64,000 bases of DNA from Psilocybe cubensis (lineage: Eukaryota): the NCBI GenBank assembly GCA_017499595.2, contig CM039003.1, forward strand, positions 3,472,001-3,536,000, written 5' to 3'. Below the pieces are notes generated by a model. It was not told the origin of the DNA. It did not search any database and worked only from the letters and a program-made list of their open reading frames with translations. Within the stretch, counting starts at the first letter, position 1; each line of letters starts with the position of its first letter. Positions 25,316 to 37,018 of the stretch are shown here, in pieces. Made by a program: the position numbers and the translations under genes.

Positions 25316-26050
25316 CTATTTGATCTTCGTGACATCCAATCTCCAGGCCCCCCTGCGTCCTGCAATGTCTGAATGGTCAACCACCATTCTCGCTCAGTTG
25401 TAAGGCCGAAGCTATAGATCGGATAGGGCCCCGCTGAAGAAATCGGAGTCTTCGCCATAATTGGCATACTGGTCCTTCTCCTTCAATTCTTCAGCGTCTG
25501 ATATAGACTGTGACTCGGTCCCGGGTGAGTGTACGATTTTGGGGGTAAGTGATTGATGTGCGGAGGAGTACGAGGGACTAGAGGAATATATCTGGTTGGC
25601 AAAAATTATCGCCTGAATTGCGGATGTGCGCTAAGATTGTGTCGGATTGTACCCTATGTATCATAATAAACAATGATGAATAATAAAATATTTTGAATGA
25701 AATACGGGACTTACTCGCCATCCTTTACCTGACTTGGTTGTTTTCAACGCTGGGTACTTCTTCATTACCAATGATTCTATTTGGCTTAATGTTGCCCTAT
25801 GCCCTTTAGTGCAACATATCGCCAACATTATGGCCTCTGGTCTGGAATGAATACTCCAAGGGTCTGGGCCTTTTCCATGCGTCTTTCAGTTCAATGTTGT
25901 CCGCAATTCTGAGAATTGAACGAACGACCGTCTGTATAACCTCGGAGGGTGTTAGCTCCCCGCTAGTGCGCTCAAAAACCAAAACACGTACTACAGAATC
26001 TCCCTGCCATGCATACCGCGCGAATGGCACCTGCTCGATTATCAGTAGGT
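25316..26050 (-). pseudogene. Scrambled forkhead gene copy (middle-start-end order)
   Basis: Reads: end of exon 1 (RYAWQGDSV), deletion to RTSGELTP, exon 3 with frameshift, intron, GTIRHNLSAHPQFRR. Then from 25607 the gene start (SSAHQSLTPKIVHSP), then the end of exon 4 (LDVTKIK*). Confidence 0.85.
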
Positions 26051-26067
26051 GATCTTGCGTACTGTGG

Positions 26068-26086
26068 TGTAGCGATAGACAGATAA
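26068..26086 (-). promoter_or_regulatory. 19-bp motif copy 3
   Basis: Exact TTATCTGTCTATCGCTACA immediately before the scrambled forkhead copy. Confidence 0.5.
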
Positions 26087-28084
26087 AGTTGAGGATGTCC
26101 AATACAAGTGCAATGCCAGAGCCTCTAGATTCCATTTTTCATGAGGGAGCATTATGGGTGTGTAGCGTTAAAGAACAACAACGGGCGTAGATTGTGTGAA
26201 TCCACAGTTGGGTGCCTATGAACAGACACCTTTAATCTGGTCACCTGCGTAGTGATCTCGAGAGAATCTCATTACATGTATAAAAGCTCCTTATTGTTCA
26301 TGCGCCATACGATAAGAAGCTACTAAAACTCCCATACCATTTCTCCCACCATATGTCTTGAATCATCCGCCACGGATGCATAAACTCGCATGGCTACAGA
26401 ACCACGGGGACACATCATGAAAGTCCATCGTCTAATACGTTCCCAGACCGACTCACTTCGGCTGAAGCAATGCTCATCATATCTATAAGCTGAACCTAAA
26501 CAACGTTGTCCGTGACGTGATTGGCAGCGGGGTGAACACATATCAAGGAGAGCCCCTATGCATTACATTCCCTACCTAATTCGAGATATTTGCCGCCCAA
26601 AATGTCCAACGCTCCTGGGAGATGCTCAAAAAACAGTATTGTTGGCACACTGTATACCTATGTATAGACATGGCGTACCAATGTATTCGTGTCAAGGGAG
26701 AAAATTCAAAGTAGGCGGGAGGAGAGTAAGCCTACACGCGGGTATGGCCGCACCCTAGCAGACCCAACTCGGGGATTAGGCCAAATTGTGCAGACATAGA
26801 GCCTATAAATTCATATACGCGTCGCATATACACGAACCCAATACAAATTATGCAAGATACAAGCGGCCCAGAAAGAAAGCATCAACACATACATCACATC
26901 AGCTGAATCAGAATCGTCGTAATACGCATGTATCTAGAAAGCGGAATGATTGAAAAGGCAGGGTTCAGAAGCGGTACTGAGAGAGAACAACTTTGACCAT
27001 GATCATTATCCGCCGCCATACAACCCATTGCACCAAGACCCATCCCAATATTCGCCTAGATGAACTAATGGAATGGTTTAGGGCTCGTACAAGACGGGAA
27101 AATAGGCCGTGCGGGTGAAGTTTTCGTCGATCATGAAGGGGGGGATATAAAAATCAAAGAATATAGAAGCATATGATAACGCGAAATGTAAGAAAAGGAC
27201 ATCACCTTCATATAGTCCGTATTACATCCTTTGCTATATTGATATCACAGCCCCCAGCCACGATACACAAAATCCTTGACCCATAAACACTGCGAAAATC
27301 CCACATTCGGTGTAGTGGACGCATCCCTACATGAGAGATTTAATCAACGAGCAATAGATTGTGGCCCAATGTGATCGTGGATACACTGAGGTATGTGCCG
27401 GTGCGATGAGAACCCCGGGAAAATTAATATCGAGGATGGGCAATAGATTAGACCATTTTGCACTCTGAATTCGTTTTGAGAGACGATGCCAGCGCATAGA
27501 CAATCTGAAACGAAACACTTACGGAGAGTATGTTCTGCCCTTGGATTTCGCATTAAGTCATGACACTCATTCCATTGATCGCATGAGATGGTGGATGATT
27601 GTTGAACCATTTTGACCTGCCATTGGAGTCGGGATTGTGTCATCGAGAAAGAGGAAGAGATGGCGGTGGATAGGAACCCAGCGCTGGCAAGCAAAGTTGA
27701 ATAATCATCAGTGGACGAAAATCAGATAACGATAGCGTAGCTTTAATATTTAACCATGGTCCCTCATCTTCATCTTCTATCGGTTATTAGTGCTGGTTTC
27801 AGATACACATACCAGCAGAAAGCGCATACAGATGTTTGAAACCATGGAGGAGAGATTGGAAGCGCAAGAGGAAAGGTAAGAGTCGTGACTGAACGTGCTT
27901 TCAAGCGGAGATTGAAATCAATTTAGGTTTGCACCCGACCCAATCAACGCACTCTCAGCCCATGACGGAGTCAGCAGAGGTTGTATCACATCTAAAATAT
28001 TTGAGGTGTATGAATACATATTAAGCTATCTAGACAATTATTTAGAAGTGAACAACTAGTGAACATATAATCTTGAAAAACCAT

Positions 28085-29183
28085 CTATTTGATCTTTGTG
28101 ACATCCAATGTCCACGGCCCCCCGCGTCCTTGTTCACGGCGCAATCGCCTGAATTGCGGATGTGCGCTAAGATTGTGTCGGATTGTACCCTATGCATCAT
28201 AATAAACAATCATGAGTAATAAAATATTTTGAATGAAATACGGGACTTACTCGCCATCCTTTACCTGAGTTGGTTGTTTTCAACGTTGGGTACTTCTTCA
28301 TTACCAATGATTCTATTTGGCTTAATGTTGCTCTGTGCCCTTTAGTGCAACATATGGCCAACATAATGACCTCCGGTCTTGAATAATCACTCCAAGGGTC
28401 CGGGCCTTGAGGCCATGCATCTTTAAGTTCAACGTCGTCCGCAATTCCGAGAATTGAACGAACAACCCTCTCTGTAACCTCTGCGGATGCCAGAGATTTG
28501 ACTTCGGCGGGTGTTAGCTCCCCACTAGTGCGCTGAGAGCGCGCAACCCTTCTCCCAGGGCTCACCACCACACGTTTAGCACTGGGTTTACAGGCTTTAT
28601 GAACGCGCGCGGATGTCCCTCGCTTCCGTGACGAAGCCTGATGAACAACATCATCTGTCAGCTTAGGAACAATGAGTGATCAATTAAAAAACTCACCTTT
28701 GACAATTCATTACTTTCTACTAAACTGTTGGACTCCGATGAGGATGATGCGGTGTCATTGGTTGTAGAGGCGGTGCCCAGATCGATCTGAGGTGCCCAGG
28801 AATATAGGCTAGGGAGGGCAGGAGGAAGAGGCCGCGCCATCGTCGTATAAAAGTATGGGTGAGCCCCGTAGACATACAACGGAGCAAAATTTATCTTTTT
28901 AATCGAAGGAAAATCAGTCACTGGCAGATTAAACAGTGAAAACACATACTACAGGATATCTTTGCCATGCATACTGCGGGAGTGGCGCTCCAACGGGTGT
29001 TGTGTTCTCGGTGTTGGTTGTATGGCTTGCAATGTCAACACCGGAATCTTCGCCATAATTAACATATTGCTCCATCTCCTTCAGTTCTTCAGTGTCTGAT
29101 ATAGACTCGGTTTCGGGTGAGTGTATGATTTTTGGGGTAAGCGATTGATGTGCAGAGGAGTACAAGTTGCTGGAGGAATACAT
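28085..29183 (-). CDS. Forkhead (winged-helix) transcription factor C1, C-terminal FKH domain
   Basis: Four exons; introns ~28895-28949, 28638-28696 and 28190-28250. Spliced domain: PEVIMLAICCTKGHRATLSQIESLVMKKYPTLKTTNSGKGWRGTIRHNLSAHPQFRRLRREQGRGGPWTLD. This matches the forkhead consensus (TLxxI, W..IRHNLS..F, G.G..W.LD). Confidence 0.88.
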
Positions 29184-29299
29184 CTGGTTAACAAAAATTG
29201 CGGGTACACTTTTTTTTGGCTAGTGATTAGGTAGAGGAGCACAAGAAATGGGGGAGAATCAGTGAATGAAGTAGGGAAAGTGAACCGTTAACTACTAAC

Positions 29300-30950
29300 G
29301 ATACGGAGTGGCTCAATCCCTGAGAAAACACGGAGTCTAAAACAAGTTCCCATTAGTGATTTAGGCGATCTGCCAGCCTAAAGGATAACTGGTCAACCAC
29401 AGGAACCCATTGTTCCTTTTCACATTTCTCACGCGAACATTATCTCAATCCAATCAACGTGCTGCAAGGATGCTTCCTGACACACCGCAGCCAATATTAT
29501 ACGGGAAATTGAAAGCATCCATCGTAGATATGCTACTCCTACACATATAATTTCCTGTAAAGGTTGAGGAGAGTCATAGACATATACGAAGGATGAAACT
29601 CATTGTGATGATCTGATATGACTTTGGTGCATACGCCTCGAGGTAAGGATAGTAAATGGAGGATATATCCTAAAATATCAAGAAGTAAAATATACTCCGA
29701 AGCTCCAAGCTTCCAAGCATGTGTCTTCTTTTTCAGAATACGTACAACTGTTGATGTATCAAGGGCAGTAGCTAACCCACAACTCATTTTTAGAACATGC
29801 GACGTGTGATGTAAGTAGACTGCTTTATTTAGATGTCATTCATCCTTTACGAGACGCCTTTCGTTATATCTATTATAACTACCCCTCTGTGAGAGGTAGT
29901 ACAAACTTAAAATGAGAGCTTTAATTGAAAATATACATAGATTTAGGCGCCCACGGACAATTATTTCAGACTGGAGAAACTCGCTGATCCATCGACATCA
30001 ACACACCGGGCAATACCTCCGGCGTATATCCAATCAATCAGGATTGGTAACACGCCTCCTGATCTGCGTCCGAGATCAAATAGGCAGGTCCAGTCGCTCG
30101 GCTTCCGTCTACTGAACCGCTAATTTTCAACCTGCTCACAGACTGTTTCCGATGGGAAACTTCTTCCTGGTTAAGGGCGTGTGCAGGGTTACTTCTCTGA
30201 ACTCACCAATAACATTACATCCCGGAGCGCTCCATTCATGCGCGCTGGCGAAGCATTCGAGCGTACAACGTGTCCGTCGTACTCAGAGCCACTGTACGCG
30301 TCATACAAGTATAATAACTTCATTTTTTACCCATCCCCTTGAAGTACCCGTACGTCGGGTCTTATCTAAACGCTCTGCAAGCGCCCAGCCCGTGTCACGG
30401 ATCTTCATCAACGCAGAGAAGCTGACACCTTCTCACAGACGATAGAAACAAGGCCTCTAGGAGTAGCGGTGCGCCAATTCAGTTTTTCTCGGATGTTGCA
30501 CAAGAATATCATATCATTCTTTCCTATGAACCGAATGGACTAATGAAAGTCCATTCACGCAATGGATGGGTTTTCTAATCGAACCTTTATTATGCTTCCC
30601 TGTCAAGAAATCAGGGTAGTCAGGCCCTTCTCCGACGCCTTGGTGGAGCCACCCAACAACCCTAGGGCCAAAAATCAGAAGGCCTATGTTCCCAAAGGAG
30701 TTGTGGGATACCTCGACCGATGACATGAGAACTTACTCACAGTAATTAGCATCGGACCGAAATCTCGCATTATCGAGTCATAATAAAACCCTAACCCACT
30801 CTATATCCATCCTTGACATGATTGCTCGCCCTCATTAATGATTTCTTGGTGTGCAGGATACCTCGGTGAGCTCCAAGGCCTTGCAAACTCTTTGATGTGC
30901 GGCCAAACCCGGATCGGAGATTAAAACAAATGATCGGTGAGTGGCGATCA
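29300..30950. repeat. Non-coding upstream block of C1, directly repeated upstream of C2 (57390-58810)
   Basis: Collinear shared words: GAGTGGCTCAATCCCTGAGAA, CCCACAACTCATTTTTAGAACA, TTTCGTTATATCTATTATAAC, CCCGGAGCGCTCCATTCATG, AAACCCTAACCCA, AAACAAATGATCGG. Confidence 0.9.
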
Positions 30951-32312
30951 TTGGCTGCCAGCGCGGAACTCCTTTCAATCGATAACCCCCACATTCGTAT
31001 TTGCTGGCTTCTGTCTTGTGAGCGGGCTTCTAGGCCTTTTCTGACCTGTAACCTGGATTCCTTGCTCTCTCGTCATTGGTTTTCGGACGAATTTCCGGAA
31101 GGACGGAGGTGGATTGAGTAGGGAAGCCCTGTATCTCCTATTACCTTTCAACGGTCACCGGTGCCATTTAGGATTGGGCAAGGAATAGGCACGTACAGGG
31201 CTTTACTCTCGACGGTTCCTTCTCATAAACTTCCAGTATCATCATATCTTACTAACACAGTCTGGGAGACGTCGAAATAGCCACAGATCACATCTCAGCT
31301 GCGTATCCGTTTCCATGCTGCTCTAGTCTACATCTCATGGGATTCCGCCGAACCCTTACTACCATATTCAGTACCCTGATCAGAACAGAACTTTATGGTT
31401 GCATCAAATGGTCGATCTGAACACAACCCATGCTCGGTGAGCTTTTCGTGGCATTTTTTTTTTTCGTTTCGTCGTCTCTCTCGCCTTCAGGAGCCTATAT
31501 GCATGCATGTCTTGCTTTCATCCTCCAAATCCCCAGCTCCTCTACATGATCCCGTCTTGTGTCAATACAATAATATCCTTCTCTGACATGGACTCTGGCA
31601 CGCGGTTGCAGGCAGTGCTGCTTCTGCTCCATTGGCAGTTGGCCTGTGTTGGAAGGATATACTTGTTAGCGTCTGCAACACACAGACGGGTTCTACCGGG
31701 TGCATGTCCATGGTCCAATTTCTTTGCATCGGGTATATATATTCACGCAACAACGCGTGTACAGACTCGTTTCTATTTTTTTCTGAACCCTCTGCTTAAT
31801 TATCCAAGGGCTTGTGATGTAACAAGTGTAATGGATTCTACATAATATACGACGTATCTTCGATGTGTACTCTTGTGTGCGCTACAAAATGATGGCCTTT
31901 TGTTGGTCAAAATCAGCGTCTCAAAATACATGTGTGTGGTTGTTCTATCGGCCGAAGTGATTAGTATGGGAATGCTCGAAAGGAAGCACCTCTATACACC
32001 AGTCATAACACTAAAAACTGTGCCCCGTGGCTCTGCACGGGTAACACTTATATCACCGAGAAATAGCGCTCAAGTTTTATTTAGTTCAAGAACAATGAGG
32101 AATATTTACAACGCGAGTGAAGTAACCACACAAGCTTAAGAATAGACGTTGTATTGAGGGTCGTAGTTGTGATAAAAAGGCACTCTACAACTCTGCACCT
32201 CTTCAACCGTACCAACTAAATGCCCTCCAACTATCCTGAAGAGCCCATGTACCAGAGCTGCGAAGCTCTGCGACCAATGCTTAACCACCGTATATTGGAT
32301 CAAATCCGCTCG

Positions 32313-32331
32313 TTATCTGTCTATAGCTACA
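32313..32331 (+). promoter_or_regulatory. 19-bp motif copy 4, TTATCTGTCTATAGCTACA
   Basis: One mismatch to the consensus. Followed by a pyrimidine tract and a GTAAGT donor at ~32419. Confidence 0.5.
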
Positions 32332-34118
32332 TTCCCTTTTCATACCCCCACTAAACTCGAAGCGGGATAACCCCTTCGTTTGTCTATGGGATGATACTGA
32401 GTCTATATACACATAAATGTAAGTCGCACCCTCATCCACGTTTATTCACTTTATATTGACGACAAACCGAAAAAGTACCCCCGCCACTCGACCATCCTGC
32501 AAGAAGATAGTACACGGCACATGGACACGGAATAATCCACGACGCCCGCAGTGCATGCTCACATGTAGCATACACGACGTCACGCCTCCACGTTCGTATG
32601 ACGGCTTCGGCCGCTTTCTGGATAGAAAAGACTGCAGGCATCAGCGGATTCTAGAGATTTAAGCAAGTGTATCAATCCATACCCACCTAGATTAGTGGCA
32701 TTACAATCGAGTCGTGCATTTGACCGTGTTTCGAAAAATTATTGTGATTACTGATATCATGCTCACACCTAGTGGTAGTACTCAGCCAACGCACACCAGA
32801 CTAGACAGTGATCTCAGCAAAACTCACTTTATATATTGGTGCATGTATGCGGCCTAAAGCTTTGATATTCCACAAAAGAACGAATGCGCTGGCCGGTGGC
32901 GTATTGTTGCTGGTCTGAATCCCCTGTGTGTACCCAAGAATGTAAGAAAGCGTATTAAATGCACTGGACGACTACGAGGCGTCAGCTAAAAAATAAACAC
33001 GCGTGTCATGCAACTCACCTGCTGCGTCTCAGCGCTCATCCCGTCCCACTGCGGCCCGACCCACATTCATACGTTAATTATTAGTTCCACCAACACACCA
33101 CTGGATCCCACGTTTATCTTGCTCCCACAGTCGCCACTCGTCGACGTATAGTTGAAGCCGTTTGTCGAGGAACTCATCAAAGTCGTTGATCCCATGGACC
33201 GCAGGTCCAGGCGCATATCAACGCACGTCACGCAGAGCCCGGCGCGTCACTGGCTCAAGCATAGAGATGAGCGCGGGATGTGTGGGAGGAGAGGGCGCAA
33301 AAAGGTTCCGGTTGTGAATCCGGTTGTGAATCCGGTTTCAGGTGGTGCAATGATGTTGAGGTTGATAGTATTGTTATGGAGAGAGATGGGGGTTGAGGTC
33401 GTTGAGGCGGCACACGTAGACTGGATGTGTGCTTTGGGAGGCCGATTTGTGTGACGGTGGTGCGGCAGTGGTCTCATTATGCATCCAGTGTCGGGTGGTG
33501 CTGGACGGTACAGACAGCACCAGCAGAATTCGCCTTCTCCTATTATTCCAGTTCTCAGGTTGTCGGGGATTTAGAACGAAAACCCCGCGATGACGAGGCC
33601 CAAGTGACAGTATGTGTGTAGGAATCCACCAGTACCGCCAGGACCCCTAACATAATTTCCTCGCAGCGATCGTCTTTGCGCATCAGGTATGAGATGTTTT
33701 CTGATGTTTTACTGCTTCTATGGTTGGACAAAGAGGAGAGGGGTGTGATTTGTGGGTGTAAGTGATGAGTCTATCCTGGCATGACGAAGAAGCATTTTAG
33801 TGGGGTGCGAGACGCCACAAATAATTAATATACGTCACGCCGGCAGCGATTCATACAGCTGTACCCAACGATGTGAATATTTTTCTGTGCGAGCGGTCGA
33901 GGCTTTTAGTGATGCAGAATAAGTAGGTTTCAAATAAAACTTGAATATACATCTTTTTCATTATGTACATGGACACCAATGTCATGTAAGACCGAGTCCT
34001 CGAGACATACTAACTTGCACAAACTGAAAAGATCATAGAAATTTAAGCGCCGCAGATTTACATGTACACCCCGTCATTATATCATTCCATCTATGAAGGT
34101 ACTGTTTTTGTAGTCCTC

Positions 34119-36097
34119 CTATAAAGGAGATTCAGATACTGTAACGACTAAATAACACTGTGGCACACTTACATTTTCGCGTCCAGTAGGGGTTATTTCC
34201 GTTGTAACTAGGACATGCACATGATTTCCATCGTCGGTCATATTTTGGTTGCCTGTCACTGTATTTGAGACTGTACCCAAAGCAATACTATTCCAGTCAG
34301 AATGTTGGTTTTCTGCCCTAGCGTTTTTGACGATATTTTGACGGGAATTGAGTCTGTATGATGAATAATGAGTAAAACAGAGTGTTTGTTTTGTGATTTG
34401 AAGCATACGTTGCCAAAGCACTATTCATGTATACTGTGTATGTCAGAATCATTTTTGGTTACTCTGAAAAGAAGTCGAATACATTTTCCGCTCAACTCAA
34501 GACCTATAAAAAAGTAAAAGGTCCCAGGCAGGGCAAGAAACTGGGGTTGAGGTTGATTAATGTCAAAGAAAAGGAAGGTGCCAAAGAGCCACCGCACCAG
34601 TACCGCGTTTATCAAAGCGCATATAGATGTTAATATTCCTCTGTTGACGGCATTTACCATAAGTCTAGTCAAAATTCTGTCGCTCCTTTGATGGGTTTGA
34701 GTAACACGTGGCGTACTTTTGTCGAAGGAGATAAAACCTACGATTTTACATTACTCTTACGTTTTTCCAGGTATACCACCAACGACACCGTGATAATAGA
34801 GTCACAAATTACTGTTGCAACCGCTTGTAACGCCTGTGTTGCCTGTGAAAGCCACCAATGCATGGGTACAACATTTCGCTTCTGAGACTGGGGAGTATTT
34901 ACTTTGTCGTGGAACAATTTCAAAAATGAACCCAAACTGTTACTTTTTTATACATCAGTACTTCGATAATATCATGGAGTCATATAAGAACAACAACACA
35001 TACGATGTGATAGTCTGGGCTTTATTAAAATAATCAGCAGAATAAATGTTGTCATTAACTAGAAGGGTCTACTTACCCAGCCCGGAGCCTATGAATCAAG
35101 TAAGAGATGTCAGCTGTCTCTAACGCGGAACCTGGACCACCAATTGGCTAGATCTATACATACTAATTTGTACCAGAGCTAATACAAGCTAGAGAACTAC
35201 TGATTAGCCGCTCGAATTTTTGATAACATTATGGTAGTAGCACGACGTACAATGATTCCAGGAATAATAAATTTCCTCTTGTTTACTGTCATTAAGTCAA
35301 AATATTACAAACGGAAGCCAAGCGCTGAGATAAATCGAGCCTCACAGACGTAAATGCAATATGCATAATATCTAGACAATATTCAGACATAATTCTAAAC
35401 ATTTAAAGACATACAACTGACACTTGCACGATAAAGGCAGAGGCGAACTGATGATTTGAATAAATTCAGGATCTTGTTCGTCACATAACATGGACTAAAA
35501 CCAACCATTGCGAACAGTTGGGCCTATAACACTTTAGTTAGATTGACCTATCAAATCTCCAACGCACAGATAAACCTACGGCATCTTGCCTAGAGAGTTG
35601 TGTCGATGAAATTAGGTAATATTCTGGTCGACGGGAAAATTCATAACTTGCCAATGTATCACCGTGAGAGCAGGACGATTTCCAAAGTTCTGAATCAGGT
35701 AAACATAGGTGATCTGAACAAAGACTACTATTTGAAATGTTTCTATTGCCCTGTGAATGAGATGTTAGTCCGAGCTGCGAACAAATGATGCAAGTCGTAC
35801 ACCAAAGCTGCTACCTGTAAATAAACATAGTTATTGGGTGACCTCGAATATCTGTAAACGTTGTACTTGACTTGCCATGGTTTTAATTCCCCAATGATCC
35901 TTTGTATACCAGTGGAAGTACAACCAGCCCTGTAGAAGACCGCATCCTTGAAGCCTGATTTAAAGACGCAATGAGAGGCCTGGAAAGAAATCCAATAATG
36001 CGGCCGTTGCTCACAGAGTTTGAAGCCAGACAATAATAAGCCATATACCGAAGGTTGGGCCTAATGGCAATGTGTCATCGTTGGTTGCGGGAACCAT
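34119..36097 (-). CDS. DUF6534-type integral membrane protein (many short exons)
   Basis: N-terminus MVPATNDDTLPLGPTFGIWLIIVWLQTLLQGCGLLQGWLYFHWYTKD. C-terminus ICDSIITVSLVVYLEKRKS..DRILTRLMVNAVNRGILTSICAL..KLYMNSALATLNSR, which is typical of this basidiomycete family. Confidence 0.85.
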
Positions 36098-37018
36098 CTT
36101 TGCAGTATGCAGGTCAGTCGTTTAGCACTGTATGTGTGCGACCTTTATAGAATCCCACTCAATTGCAAGAAAAGCGACGACAGTAGCTGTGTTAATTTTA
36201 AGGATAGGCAGATAACCAAATCTGACGTAGATAATCTTCCAAAGAAACTTTCCGCAGGTCGGCATGAATATTGCATCACGTCAAAGGCAAGAGGGAAAGA
36301 TTCAGTCAAAATATTTCCTTCCTGATAATAGACCAGGCTTTGATAATCAAACTATGTTATACATGGACATTGGACGCTCCAGTCGCTCTTTCCTCTTGAT
36401 TGATGATAAGCAATATTGGGTTCCAAAATGTGGGGTTGAATGTCAATGGACATACCCACGTTTTGAGTGAATTCGAGTATACTAAAAAGTTATAACTTCG
36501 TTTTAGATGCACACCAGGAAACCGAGAATAAACACAGCAAGCTCATATCCAGTTTTCTCAGCCTGTGTGCCAAAGGTATTAAAAATCCATCAATGTTTGT
36601 CCCCATCAGTTTGCAAAAAAATCGACTGTTGAGCGCTGAGCGCTGAGGCCTTGACGAGTTGATACTCGATGTGCGTATAAATATTCAGAACGACCCTTGA
36701 TGGTCATATGCGATCTTATCTCTCAGTTCTCTGACTTTGCGTAAATGATACTGCGGCACTATAAGGGGTGCTTGGTACCGTTTCTATTCTCGCCAGCGGA
36801 CGGCCAACAAGGATACTTTTTCGACCAACTTTGCTTTGACCTTACTTTTCTCACGCGCAACATGGAGTACAAACAAAATGCCGGGTTACAGCCGCTGGAT
36901 GGATGCCAGATGGTCACAGTGTACAAAACTCCTTTCATTACAAGCGCAAAAATCACACAGAAAACACTGAAAAATATTGAAAAGAAACGGGGAAGGCAAG
37001 ATATAAGCAAGGGTGACT

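Larger units (their letters stand above)
25029..27947. repeat. Left inverted arm, inner part; partner 40756-43601
   Basis: Reverse-complement match, very high over 25029-26830 and visibly lower over 26830-27947. Confidence 0.92.

Noticed and set aside
33308-33337. 12-bp x2.5 tandem repeat (also 17-bp x2 at ~55301-55333)
   Set aside because: Ordinary slippage duplications with no further structure.
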